DNA from: Octopus sinensis | Taxonomy: Eukaryota | NCBI RefSeq assembly: GCF_006345805.1 | Contig: NC_043007.1 | Coordinates: 33,914,001-33,978,000 of the forward strand | Direction: 5' to 3' | Length of the DNA stretch: 64,000 nucleotides | In this document: in pieces, positions 43,480-56,130 of the stretch | Layout of the letters: each line of letters opens with the position of its first letter | Numbering within the stretch: the first letter of the stretch is position 1 | Translations under genes and position numbers: made by a program | The notes under the pieces: model-generated | What the model was told of the DNA's origin: nothing | What the model saw: the letters and a program-made list of their open reading frames with translations, nothing else | Database searches by the model: none

Positions 43480-43665
43480 AAATTTTCCGCAACACAATTT
43501 CCTTTCCTCGACAAGACTTGCCCTACTTAACATTGTCCCAAAACACCCAAGAGGGAAAGGATCCCATCATCTTTAAACGGAATCTGGACAAATTTCTTCA
43601 AGGAATACCAGACAAGCTACCTATACCTGGATACAACTCACTCAGCAAGAACACCCTACTCGAAT
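43480..43665 (+). mobile_element. CR1-clade LINE extreme C-terminal fragment
   Basis: ...NIVPKH..KDPIIFKRNLDKFLQGIPDK.PIPGYNSLSKNTLLE (FK..LDKFL..IPD.P motif). Confidence 0.7.
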
Positions 43666-43674
43666 ATATATGTG

Positions 43675-43796
43675 TATGAGTGACTGTGTGGTAAGTAGCT
43701 TGGTTCCGGTTTCAGTCCCACTCTGTGGCACCGTGGACAAGTATCTTCTACTATAGTCTCGGACCGACCAAAGCCTTGGAAACTGAAAGAAGCCCG

Positions 43797-43834
<38 letters not shown>

Positions 43835-44045
43835 GCTAGTGTATCTGTGTTTGTCTCCTCAACATCGCTTGACAACCGATGCTGGTGTGTTTATGTCCTC
43901 GTAACTTAGCGGTTCGGCAAAATAGACCGATAGAATAATTACATGGCTTACAAAAGAATAAGTCCTTGGGTCGATTTGTTCGCCTAAAGGCGGTGCTCCA
44001 GCATGCCCGCAGTCAAATGACTGTGACGAATAAAAGAAAATAAAA
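43675..44045 (+). mobile_element. SINE family A with internal deletions
   Basis: GAGTGACTGTGTGGTAAGTAGCTTG...GGCGGTGCTCCAGCATG.CCGCAGTCAAATGACTG. Confidence 0.85.
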
Positions 44046-44091
44046 GAAAAAAGAAAAAATTTATACCCACGACGAACTCCACACACTTTTC

Positions 44092-44552
44092 TTATTTCTT
44101 TACTGCCCACAAGGAGTTACACACAGAGGGGACAAACAAGGACAGACAAACCCCAGTGCGTAACTGGTACTTAATTTATCGAACCCCGAAAGGATGAAAG
44201 GCAAAGTCGACCTCGGCGGAATTTGAACAGAGAACGTAACGACAGCCGAAATACCGCTAAGCATTTTGCCCGGTGTGCTAACGTTTCTGTCAGCTCGCCA
44301 CCTTTAAAAAGATAATAATACCTATTTCTTTACTACCCATAAGGGGCTAAACACAGAGGGGACAAACAAGGACAGACAAACGGATTAACTCGATTATATC
44401 GACCCCAGTGCGTAACTGGTACTTAATTTATCGACCCCAAATGGATGAAACGCAAAGTCGACCGTGGCGGAATTTGAACTCAGAACGTAATGGCCGACGA
44501 AATATGGCTACGCATTTCGCCCGGCGTGCTAACGTTTCTGCCACCTCGCCTC
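44092..44552 (-). mobile_element. Two adjacent SINE family B copies
   Basis: Units 44092-44304 and 44321-44552, both minus strand. Confidence 0.88.
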
Positions 44553-45073
44553 CACACACTTCAATCGAATTCACTCACAAGTCGTTGGTCGGCGCGAGGT
44601 TATAGCAGAAAACACATGTTCGTGATATCGCAACACCGCAACTGAATATGTAAGCAAGAAGCTTCAAAGTAAGTCTCTTAACCACACGCATACTAGAAAA
44701 AAAAAGGTACATAACTTGGGTTAGAATTGTTATTTCATAAATTTTATTTCAATAAGAACTGCATCACCTCATACTAAATCTCTGTCTTTATTCATTTCTA
44801 AATATTATTTTCTTATATTTCTGAAATAATTATGCATCCATTTATAAGCTATTTTAGTCTATTCTAAATCATTGGTGTTGTTTTGCTGACAGGAGTGACA
44901 ATATCATTGCCTCGCGCGTCACGTCAGTAATTCTCTTAATATAAGTAAATATAACCAATAAAGCGGTCTCACCAATCACCTGACGACATAAAATGTGAAA
45001 TTTTAAGCAGAAACTCCCAGTGTTGTATAAATATATCAATATATTGCTATATATACGCACACTCGCACACACA

Positions 45074-45131
<58 letters not shown>

Positions 45132-45745
45132 TGACAAGCACGTGGATATATATACGTGTGTGTGTGCTTATGTATATATGCGTATCCATATATATTGGAT
45201 ATATATTTATATGCGTATGTACATATGTACGTGTGTGCGCTTGTGTGTGTGTATGCATACATGTATGTGTCTGAATATCTATATATATATATGCGTGTGT
45301 ATATGTATGTTTGTGTATGTGTGTTTATGTATGTATGTGCTTATGTATGTATATGCAACAGTGACATTATTAGATGAATTATCACAGCAGACATTCACTG
45401 AGGAATTGATGATTTGTCAACGATTTATTATAATCTATCGTAATATAGTGTTTCGTGTATCCAAAGTACGAAGATTTGTAGTAGGTTATCGGGCCTGTCA
45501 TAAATCATTCGCGAAGTCACGTGGTTTATTCACGTGATAGTAGGATTAGTATATTCATCTCTCAACAAATCATTCTATGTTCTGCTGGATTCAGTATGAG
45601 AAATTATCTGCATTTTTATTTCGGCCATTTTACGCGAAGTCAAATCTCACACTGCAGCGTTAAACGTTTCATAAAGTATTCCCCCAAGCTATGTACTGAG
45701 GTTAATATACTCGATTTAAGCTCTTAAAGGCAGTAACGCATATAT

Positions 45746-45810
<65 letters not shown>

Positions 45811-45812
45811 AT

Positions 45813-46060
45813 AGACGAAACAGGGACAACTGAAGAAGGGGAATATTCGTTGTGCTGCATGTCTTGTACTGTTTTATTCGTTGTTTGAAAAAAGGGCATT
45901 TCCATGTTTTTGTTTTTATGTTTTCGTGTCTCATTGTGTTCAACATTTTTTTTTTTGGTGTCCTGTACCCATATATGCATGTATATATACATATAGATGT
46001 AGTTATGTACATATATGTATGTGTATATCCATATGTTTATATATCATTTATGTTATATAT
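45813..46060 (+). mobile_element. (TA)n-embedded repeat (second Penelope-like family) with CTGAAGA-AGGGG motif
   Basis: Homologous to 56525-56760 (GACA[A/G]CTGA[A/T]GAAGGGGA...GTCTTGTACT...TTCCATGTTT...GGTGTCCTGTAC...TAGATGTAG); family assignment is inference. Confidence 0.55.
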
Positions 46061-46118
46061 ATAAAAGATACAAAAAGAAGGAAAAGTCACTGGAATTTTC
46101 TGTTGGAATATATATATA

Positions 46119-46649
46119 TCTTCTATATATATAAAACTGTAGTTGTGTGAGTGTCTGTCCCCTTCGATTTAGATTCCTAACTACTCCCACATTTTGCGGT
46201 GCAGTTTAACCAAATTCGGATATCTTATAGTCGTGATTCATATCGAGCCCGTCTGGGTATTAGCGCGCGTCTACGATGAGTCTACGATTTTAAAAATTTA
46301 ACATCATTTTTTTCCATTTTAACGCATATTTTTTCGTGTGTCGATGGCGGTGGAGTTGGCGTCCATGGTCACACCTGCACCTGTGTTGCTTCTCCCCTTT
46401 CTTCCCTCCCTCGTGAAGCTGTGGGGAAGGGAGTGTAAGGAAATCAACGTCGTAAAGCGTTGTCAAGGAGACCAGCGTTCTTTTAGAACAACGACTTCAT
46501 GGCTTGAAGACACTGAGTCAACGATTTAAAAAAAAAATTACCATAATTTTTTATTCCATTTTTAATGCATTTTTTTGCTATAACTCTCTAAAAATGCTTA
46601 TATAGTTATTTCCCTTACAAACCCGAGCAACGCTGGGCGATACTGCTAG
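46119..46649 (+). mobile_element. Non-autonomous Helitron (family D variant with GC-rich segment)
   Basis: A|TCTTCTATATATATAAAACTG start; CCCGAGCAACGCTGGG hairpin; CTAG end. Confidence 0.88.
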
Positions 46650-47028
46650 TTATATATAAAAGTCAAGTTGTGTGTCTGTCTCCTACGATTTAGATTCCTA
46701 ACTACTCCTACATTTTGCGGTGTAGTGTAACCAAAAGAGGGTATCTTATAGTCGTGATTCACACCGAGCCCTTCTGGGTATTAGCGTGCGTCTACGATGA
46801 GTCTACGATTTTAAAAATAATTTACCATAATTTTTTTCCATTTTGATGCATTTTTTTCGTTATTATATAAGGGAAGTAACTCTCGAAAAATGTCTACGAT
46901 GAGTCAACGATTTTTAAAAAAATGTACCATCATTTTTTTTTCCATTTTTAATGCATTTGCTATTTTTTTGGCTATAACTCTCTAAAAATGCTTATATAGT
47001 TATTTCCCTTACAAACCCGAGCAACGCC
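46650..47028 (+). mobile_element. Second Helitron unit in tandem, 3'-truncated and fused to a SINE A fragment
   Basis: Begins right after CTAG; breaks in the hairpin (GCAACGCC) and continues as AGTACTTATTCTATCGGTCTC (SINE A, to 47077). Confidence 0.85.
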
Positions 47029-47073
47029 AGTACTTATTCTATCGGTCTCTTTTGCCGAACCGCTAGGTGACGG

Positions 47074-47120
<47 letters not shown>

Positions 47121-47268
47121 GTGTGTGTGTGTGTGGTGTGGTGTGTATGTATGTATATATATGTGTGTGTGTGTATATATATATACACACACATTTATGA
47201 AATATATTATTTACACTGTCGACTGCATAAGCGAAACAGGCTGCAGCATACATACATACATACATACA

Positions 47269-47299
<31 letters not shown>

Positions 47300-47869
47300 C
47301 AGGCCTAAAGTTATAGGTAAAGAGAGCGTATATAATAAAATAACGAAGAACTTACAGCTCTAGTATTGTGACTATAGATTCTCATTTCTATCGATAATTT
47401 AGCTGCAGGGGGAAAACGTAACAACACATTTGCTTTAAACCTTAAAAATTCTGGAGTTTTCCCATTAAGAGCACACAGCACTCTAACCATATCCTCCACG
47501 TCGAATGAGTTGGTGATACAGGGAGGATTTGTGAAAAGCTGAAAAAAAACTTACTATAAGAATGTTCCATAATAACAATATACAGAAAGTTACCTGTGTA
47601 GATAAATGCTCATGTGCTATTTATATGTACACGGAAAAAGTAATCATACTCATTTTCTGTTCTAAACAGACATGTACGCTCGAATGCGTGCATTCATCGA
47701 TATATGTGCATACATTAGATCGTAACTATTTACATAACCCTGGAACTATATCGATTGAAATAGCACAAGAGACAAACAAAAAAGTATCTTTCTCAGTTTA
47801 TGAGTAACGGGCAATAAACTTGAATAAATCACTACGAAAACCGTAGACAGACAAAAAAATTAAGAAGGC

Positions 47870-47903
47870 AGGCAGACAGACAGATATACAGATAGATAGA
47901 CAT

Positions 47904-47980
<77 letters not shown>

Positions 47981-48007
47981 CAGATAGTAGATAGATGATA
48001 GATAGAT

Positions 48008-48069
<62 letters not shown>

Positions 48070-48112
48070 CAGACAGATAGATAGATAGATAGACAGAAAA
48101 TATAGATAGATA
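47870..48112. repeat. (GATA)n microsatellite
   Basis: Direct observation. Confidence 0.95.
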
Positions 48113-48308
48113 GGTACATATGTACATACATACATATACACACATATGTGTACACGTATAAAATTATTATATGTTACATACCTAGTTAAATATATTTATA
48201 CAAACATATATTTATGCATGTGTGCATATATATACATATTTTTATATATATATATATATGTGTGCGCTATGTATATGCGTATATATACATATACATATAT
48301 ATGTATAT

Positions 48309-48364
<56 letters not shown>

Positions 48365-48391
48365 CATATATATATATCAATATACATATGC

Positions 48392-48432
<41 letters not shown>

Positions 48433-48944
48433 TATAAATATATGCATATATATAACCTACATACAATCTTTTTCATTTATTTCTTCTCCATATATTGAAA
48501 CAATATGAATAACCTGAATCGATTTTCGAATATTATTGGATTCTTATCAGAGGCGTCTACATCAATCTGTCCAAATACGGGAAAGCATGCAGCCAGTCTC
48601 TTCATATACTCATCAATTAAAGAAGCTAAAGAAAACGGGTGGCGGGGTTACTAACTTGATTACTGTAAGAGTTAACACTTTATTTTAAATATCGGAGGCC
48701 TGTCAATTGATAATGTATGTCACCTATATGATAGGTTTATAACACATGGCTAATTCAAGTATTTCTCCGTAGATTGAAAAAAAATATATACATACACGCA
48801 CACACATATATATACACACACACATACACACACACACGCACACACGCACACACACACATATATATACATATGTAACCACGTGTGAATTGTTGAAGATGTT
48901 TTTCCCGTCCATTTTCATCTTCCTTTCCTATTGGACTCTCCTCT

Positions 48945-48979
48945 GATTCTGAAGAAGAGCCTTGCTCGAAACGTTAAAC
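48945..48979 (+). ncRNA. Candidate minimal type I hammerhead ribozyme (Penelope-type)
   Basis: GATT-CTGAAGA-A-GAGC-CTT-GCTC-GAA-ACGT-T-AAAC: intact CUGANGA/GAAA core, 4-bp helix II, palindromic ACGU helix III, GUU triplet; inside element 48871-49078. Confidence 0.68.
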
Positions 48980-49072
48980 CATCTTTCTTTCCCTGACCGT
49001 CTGCCAATACTTTACATATACCACGTCCTCGCGTTGTTGTTTTATCGTGTTTGCTCTTCGTTTTTTATATTT

Positions 49073-49121
<49 letters not shown>

Positions 49122-49148
49122 CATATATATATATCAATATACATATGC

Positions 49149-49191
<43 letters not shown>

Positions 49192-49701
49192 TATAAATAT
49201 ATGCATATATATAACCTACATACAATCTTTATCATTTTATTTCTTCTCCATATATTGAAACAATATGAATAACCTGAATCGATTTTCGAATATTATTGGA
49301 TTCTTATCAGAGGCGTCTACATCAATCTGTCCAAATACGGAAAGCATGCAGCCAGTCTCTTCATATACTCATCAATTAAGAAGCTAAAGAAAACGGGTGG
49401 CGGGGTTACTAACTTGATTACTGTAAGAGTTAACACTTTATTTTAAATATCGGAGGCCTGTCAATTGATAATGTATGTCACCTATATGATAGGTTATAAC
49501 ACATGCTAATTCAAGTATTTCTCCGTAGATTGAAAAAAAATATATACATACACGCACACACATATATATACACACACACATACACACACACACGCACACA
49601 CGCACACCACACACATATATATACATATGTAACCACGTGTGAATTGTTGAAGATGTTTTTCCCGTCCATTTTCATCTTCCTTTCCTATTGGACTCTCCTC
49701 T

Positions 49702-49736
49702 GATTCTGAAGAAGAGCCTTGCTCGAAACGTTAAAC
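49702..49736 (+). ncRNA. Candidate minimal hammerhead ribozyme, duplicate copy
   Basis: Identical to 48945-48979; inside element 49628-49833. Confidence 0.62.
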
Positions 49737-49831
49737 CATCTTTCTTTCCCTGACCGTCTGCCAATACTTTACATATACCACGTCCTCGCGTTGTTGTTTT
49801 ATCGTGTTTGCTCTTCGTTTTTTATATTTAT

Positions 49832-49882
<51 letters not shown>

Positions 49883-50284
49883 ATAGACTCTCCTATCGAT
49901 GATGATATGTGAGTGCAGCCACCACACATCGTTTTTTTATATTGATCAAATGCATGTGCTGCATATTGGTTCACTTTCTCCATCAAATCGACTTTGTCCC
50001 TGAATAGGTGCACTCTGTACCACGCGTCACGTGTCGAGGTGATCTTAGATCAATCTGAGATGAAGTATTTTGCAGAAGAACACAATGCACCACCTCGTCT
50101 AGGAATTGAAACCACGATATCCCAAACTTGACTGCAAAACCCTAACCACCAGGCCGTGTGTGTGTGTATGTGTGTTTGTGTGTGTGTCTGTGTGTGTGTG
50201 TTAAAGAGAGAGTCTGTGTGTGTTTGTATGTGTTCAGAGACATATGATACGAACATAACTAAATAAACCATAATTACTCTAACA

Positions 50285-50324
<40 letters not shown>

Positions 50325-50344
50325 CAAACAGGCGTGCTCGAACT

Positions 50345-50391
<47 letters not shown>

Positions 50392-51216
50392 CGAGAAAAA
50401 AATAAAAGGTAGAATGAAGTAAATTCGGATTTAGTTTTATCTGAAATTCACTAACCGATTTCTTTTATGAAATTCTTTTTCCAACTCTCTCGCGTCTAAC
50501 AAATTTTCTCGTTTCTAGTTTAAACATTACGCTTGAATAGTAAAATTACTTCTAAGTTAGAAAACAGTGGTGGGCCTATTTTTTTGCCTCCGTTATCATA
50601 TCTCAAGATTTCATCATATTGCACAATTTTTTCTGTTGTCACTCTTCCTACTAATATTGCGGTTGACGTTGTGGTTGTTGTTTTCGTGGTGATGGTCGGG
50701 GGGGGGGGTTGTTTTGACTGTTGTTGATTATGGTGAGGAAATAAACTTCTCGAAGTCAAATTTTGTTTTTGGTTGTGATTCTATCATCTCAACTTAACAA
50801 TCCCATCCTACGCCAACCAGCTTCACTGTTCCTCATCGAAGTAAATGCGTACAAACACTCTCATACATCTGTATGTGTGTATCTCTTTAGGAATGTGTGC
50901 GTACGTGTGTGTGTATGTGTGTGTTTGTGATATTTATGTATGCCTGCATTAATTTATGTGTCTGTATGTATGTGTGTATATACATATCTAGGCGCATCCA
51001 TTAGTATAAGAATAAATATATACGTATGTATGTATATATACACACATACGTACTCTCACCACAAACACATTTGCATATTTACATACATGCATGCATACGT
51101 GTGTGTATGTAAGTGTGTGTCAGTGTGAGTATGTGTTTGTGTATCCACGCGCGTGCATACACAAAGCTCATTAGTATTTCGATTTATATCGAAAATTTTC
51201 TTTATTATTATTATTA

Positions 51217-51282
<66 letters not shown>

Positions 51283-51283
51283 T

Positions 51284-51500
51284 AAGGCTGTGAGCTGGCA
51301 GAATCGTTAGCGCGCTGGACGAAATGCTTAGCTGTAAAATTGACACGTTGATACGTTCTGAGTTCAAATTCTGCCGAGGTCGACTTTACCCTTCATACTT
51401 TCGGGATCGATAAATTAAATACCAGTACCAAATAAGTAACACTAGGGTCGATATAATCAACTCCTCCTCCGAAATTGCTAGCTACGTGAAAAAAATTATG

Positions 51501-51551
<51 letters not shown>

Positions 51552-51745
51552 GATAATAAAATGGCAGAATTATTAGCACACCGAGCAAAATGCGCAGCGG
51601 TATTTTACCCTTCTTTACCTTCTCACCGAGTTCAAATTCTCCCGCGATTGATTTTGCCTTTCATCCTTTCGCGGTCGATAAAATAAGTTCCGGTTGAGTA
51701 CTGGCGTCGATGTGATCGTTTTTCACCCTCCCCCGAAATTGCTTG
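51284..51745 (+). mobile_element. Two diverged SINE family B copies separated by (TTA)n
   Basis: AAGGCTGTGAGCTGGCAGAATCGTTAGC at 51284; ATGGCAGAATTATTAGCAC...GAGTTCAAATTC at ~51560. Confidence 0.75.
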
Positions 51746-51759
51746 CTGTGTGCAAAAAT

Positions 51760-51775
51760 TATTATTATTATCATT

Positions 51776-51807
<32 letters not shown>

Positions 51808-51882
51808 TATAATCATCCTTTTTTCTTTTTCTTCTTCTTCTTCTTCTTCTTCTTCTTTTTATTGTTGTTATTATTATTATTA

Positions 51883-51924
<42 letters not shown>

Positions 51925-51979
51925 CATTATTATCATCATCATCATATCATCATCATCATCATTGTTATTATTATCATTG

Positions 51980-52010
<31 letters not shown>

Positions 52011-52255
52011 TATCATCATCATCATCATAATCATCCTTCTTCATTTTCTTCTTTTTATTATTATTATTATTACTATTATTATTATTATCATTAATGTTAT
52101 TCTTCTTCTTCTTCCTTTTCTTCTTCTTTTCTTCTTCTTCTTCTTTTTCTTCTTTTTCTTCTTCTTCTTCTTATTATTATTATTATCATCACTATTATTA
52201 TTATTATTATTATTATTATATTATTATTATTATTATTATTATTATTATCATTATT
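51760..52255. repeat. Compound (TAT)/(CAT)/(CTT)n microsatellite
   Basis: Direct observation. Confidence 0.95.
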
Positions 52256-52649
52256 TACCGCAATTAAAATTCTTCTTTATGAAGTATCCCAATATGATGA
52301 GCTGATATTGATTCCAGTCTTCCTTATTGATTTCTGATATGCGCAAATTGCACAAGTGACAACACTTCATGTTAACCTTTTTTATTAAATATGTTTCCAA
52401 AATGTAATTATTTATTTATTTATTTATTCGTCTTTAATATTACTATTTATTTTTCTTCCAAAATTTCTCATGTGAAATAACACAATCAACTCCACTACTA
52501 CTACAACTACCAGAACTACCAGCACCACTACTACAACTACTGCTACCAATAATAATAATAACAACAACAACAACAACAATAATATTAATAATAATAATAA
52601 TAATAACAACAACAACAATAACAATAATAATAATAATAACAATAATAAT

Positions 52650-52720
<71 letters not shown>

Positions 52721-52740
52721 TAATAATTATAATAATAATC

Positions 52741-53050
52741 TCAAAATACAAAGACCTGGAAATAGAGGTAACTAGAATGTGGAATCTGAAAACAGAAACA
52801 ATTCCTATCATAGTAGGTGCATTAGGCATGATAAAAAAATATTCAGACAAATACATAACAAAAACACCAGGACTTACAAACACATATAACATACAGAAAA
52901 TTGCACTACTAGGCACTGCACACATCCTACGTAGAACACTTTCTATACAATAACCATCAGAGCATCACAACAAATCACAGCACATACCCAAGGCACACAG
53001 AGCTGCGCTCGGTAGTGAAGTGAAAGCACGCTATAAAAATAAAACTACTG
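52741..53050 (+). mobile_element. R4/Dong-like (restriction-like endonuclease) LINE 3' end in (TAA)n
   Basis: Open frame 52741-52953 SKYKDLEIEVTRMWNLKTETIPIIVGALGMIKK...IQKIALLGTAHILRRTLSIQ*, ~100-bp 3' UTR, (AAT)n on both sides. Confidence 0.88.
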
Positions 53051-53074
53051 AATAATAATAATGATAATAATAAT

Positions 53075-53291
53075 AAAAATATTCAGACAAATACATAACA
53101 AAAACACCAGGACTTACAAACACATATAACATACAGAAAATTGCACTACTAGGCACTGCACACATCCTACGCAGAACACTTTCCATACAATAACCATCAG
53201 AGCATCACAACAAATCACAGCACATACCCAAGGCAGACAGAGCTGCGCTCGGTAGTGAAGTGAAAGCACGCTATAAAAAATAAAACTACTG
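53075..53291 (+). mobile_element. Second, shorter copy of the same R4/Dong-like 3' end
   Basis: Near-identical to 52835-53050; same 3' end AAAACTACTG followed by (AAT)n. Confidence 0.88.
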
Positions 53292-53562
53292 AATAATAAT
53301 AATAACAATAGTTTCAAAATTTGGCCAGCAATTTTTGGATAGAGGTAAGTCATTTTCATCGACGTAGGGAGCTTGAAAAAAACGGGATTGTGGCAAGTTT
53401 GAAGACACAGCGTAGGAGATAAGGGGAGATAACGGGTGAGTGAATAGTATTTTACTGGCGGTGGTCCAAGACTAAACAGCGTTACAGAGATTTTATACAA
53501 ACTGATATGGAAAATAGAAGCCGGAAAAATAACTGAATAAGCAAAATATTAATATGTCTCAA

Positions 53563-53971
53563 TAGGCGCAGGAGTGGCTGTGTGGTAAGTAGCTTGTTTA
53601 CCAACCACATGGTTCTGGGTTCAGTCCCACTGCGTAGCACCTTGGGCAAGTGTCTTCTACTATAGCCTCGGGCCGACCAAAGCCTTGTGAGTGGATTTGG
53701 TAGATGGAAACTGAAAGAAGCCCTTCGTATATATGTATATATATATGCGTGTGTGTGTGCTTGTGTGTCTGTATTTGTCCCCCTAGCATTGCTTGACAAT
53801 CGATGCTGGTGTGTTTATGTCCCCGTTACTTAACGGTTTGGCAAAAGAGACCGATAAAATAAGTACTGGGCTTACAAAAGAATAAGTCCCGGGGTCGAGT
53901 TGCTCGATTAAAGGCGGTGCTCCACCATGGCCGCAGTCAAATGACTGAAACAAGTAAAAGAGTAAAGAGTA
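53563..53971 (+). mobile_element. SINE family A, full length
   Basis: Canonical head and tail. Confidence 0.92.
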
Positions 53972-54364
53972 TATGGGGTCACCTGGGGTGGGGTGGGGTG
54001 GGGTGGTGGAACTTCCCAGAGTTTGGATTTACCTTAGCATGAAGTGCAAGTGACCTGTCTCATTTGAAGTGTTCAACTTACAGGTGCATGTTGAAAAGAA
54101 GCGCATACACCCAGGCCATACTTATCTCTTTCATCTTACAGGAAATTTCTTGGGGTAACCTCTACATCAGCTTTCATCTTCTTCCTCCAAAATGAAAGCT
54201 GATGACGGGGCTGGTTGAAGAGAAAGGTATCTACCCAAAATTGCTTTAATGTTATCCACTCCAAAATTTGCTTGTGTGGCGGTCAAAAGAAGGAAAACTT
54301 ACTGCTTTTCTTAGCCAAATAAATGTAGCTGAGAGAATCTTCCCAAAAGGCTGCCGGAAATATA

Positions 54365-54835
54365 AAAGGTGTCCATAAAATCTCTCTATATATAAACGGC
54401 AGTTTGTCAGTCTGCGTGTCTGTGTGTCTGTTAGGATGTACCCTCACCCTGACCACAGCTTTCAACCGATTCTGCTGAAACTTGACACACACATAGCCCA
54501 ATGTCATAATTCAAAACTAACGCAGCGAAAATTTTGAAAAGTTCCCCCAGTTCTGAAAAAAATCGATAAATTCGACATGGGGTCGAGAATCAGAAACACA
54601 AACCACAGACTGTCTAGGGGGCGCAACTCGACCTTTTTAACTCTCAAAAAAAAATTACCATCATTTTTTTCCCATTATTTTGGCTATTTTTTGGCTATAA
54701 CTCTCTAAAAATGCTTTATAGTTATTTCCCTTACAAACCCGAGCAACGCCGGGCGATACTGCTAGTATCTCTATAAATTCCACACTTTCACACTTTAAAC
54801 ATTTCAAATTGTAATGGTGCTTTATGGACACCCTG
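54365..54835. mobile_element. Tiny Tc1-type MITE interrupted by the Helitron
   Basis: GGTGTCCATAAA (54368-54379) and TTTATGGACACCCTG|TA (54821-54837) form an inverted pair; CAGGGTG-type terminus. Confidence 0.6.
54381..54765 (+). mobile_element. Chimeric non-autonomous Helitron (family E 5' half, family D 3' end)
   Basis: A|TCTCTCTATATATAAAC start as in family E; from ~54645 matches family D through CCCGAGCAACGCCGGGCGATACTGCTAG|T. Confidence 0.87.
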
Positions 54836-55215
54836 TATTTAGCATATGACTACGAAGTCTATTACATGTGACACGCGAAACGAGACATTTAAGAGGGCTT
54901 ACATTTGAGCCGATCCTTGGCCGCTTTGATTTTGGCAAAGAAATCTCCATACGGCCGTGTGATGAAGGAAAGTTCGGAATAGTCTATTTTTCGTTTATTC
55001 CAATCAACTGGGCAATTCAGTCTGCGGAATTTCTGAAAGTTACTTTGCAATATTGCTATAGATTTCCGATTTGAAATGTCCATACCCTAATTTGGAATGC
55101 CCATGCCAAAAACGTGATCTGCTCTTAAATGAGCTGAAAATGTAATCCTTAACAGAAATATTTATAGTTTTATATTTGTGAGTAGTCACTTGATGTTCCC
55201 TTCTTCTGGTAGGTA

Positions 55216-55540
55216 GGAGCACTCTGTCGGTTACGACGACGAGGGGCCCAGCTGATACGATCAGTGGAACAGCTTGCTCGTGAAATTAACGTGCAAGTGA
55301 CTGAGCAATCCACAGACACTGGTGCCCCTAACGTAGTCCTCAGGGATATTCAGCGTGAAACAGAGTGTGACAACGCCGGCCCTTTGAAACACGGGTACAA
55401 CTCATTTTTCCCAGCTGAGTGGACTGGATCAAGGTGAAATAAAGTGTCTTGCTCAAGGACACAACGCGTCGTCGGGAATTGAGCTCACGACCTTACAATC
55501 GAGACCCGAATGCCCTAACAACTAGGCCAGGCGCCTTCAC
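55216..55540 (-). mobile_element. tRNA-derived SINE sharing the family C 3' tail
   Basis: GGAGCACTCTGTCGGTTACGACGACGAGG is the reverse complement of the family C tail; head GTGAAGGCGCCTGGCCTAGTTGTTAGGGC. Confidence 0.85.
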
Positions 55541-56045
55541 CTCCTGGTATGTCTACGTGACACCGTCTCCACCAACAAATCTACACCAGGATATGGATGG
55601 GGAAGCCAAGCATTTTACGTTACAATTGTTGCCTATATTACAATTACTGGATTTCTGTAGTTTATATTTCTACCGTATAAGCTGCTGTTGCGTTTGTGTT
55701 TTTCAAACCTTGCTGGCAATTTAGTAGTAGCATTTTTAGTAATTGTTGCTGCTGTGTTTGTTGTTGTCGTTATTGTTACGGTTGTTGTGGTGGATCTCTG
55801 CTAGGTTTTCTGCATCTGTGCAAAACCTGTGAATTTATCTTGCTAATCCGGGATTTGCAAAATAACTAACAACAATATGTATAACAACACAGTGTTTACA
55901 TCACTGTGACAATCACATGCAGTATTCGTTGGAATATTTACAAGTATTCTGCAGTAATTACAATGCATCAAAGCATTGCATTTATACAAAACAATTTCGA
56001 AGTAGCATCAATATGAGTGCTCTTTATAAGTAGTGTCCCCGTGTG

Positions 56046-56121
<76 letters not shown>

Positions 56122-56130
56122 TGTGTGTGT

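Larger units (their letters stand above)
48364..49877 (+). repeat. Direct tandem duplication, ~757-bp period
   Basis: 48364-49120 is repeated as 49121-49877; differences are mostly 1-bp homopolymer indels. Confidence 0.93.
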
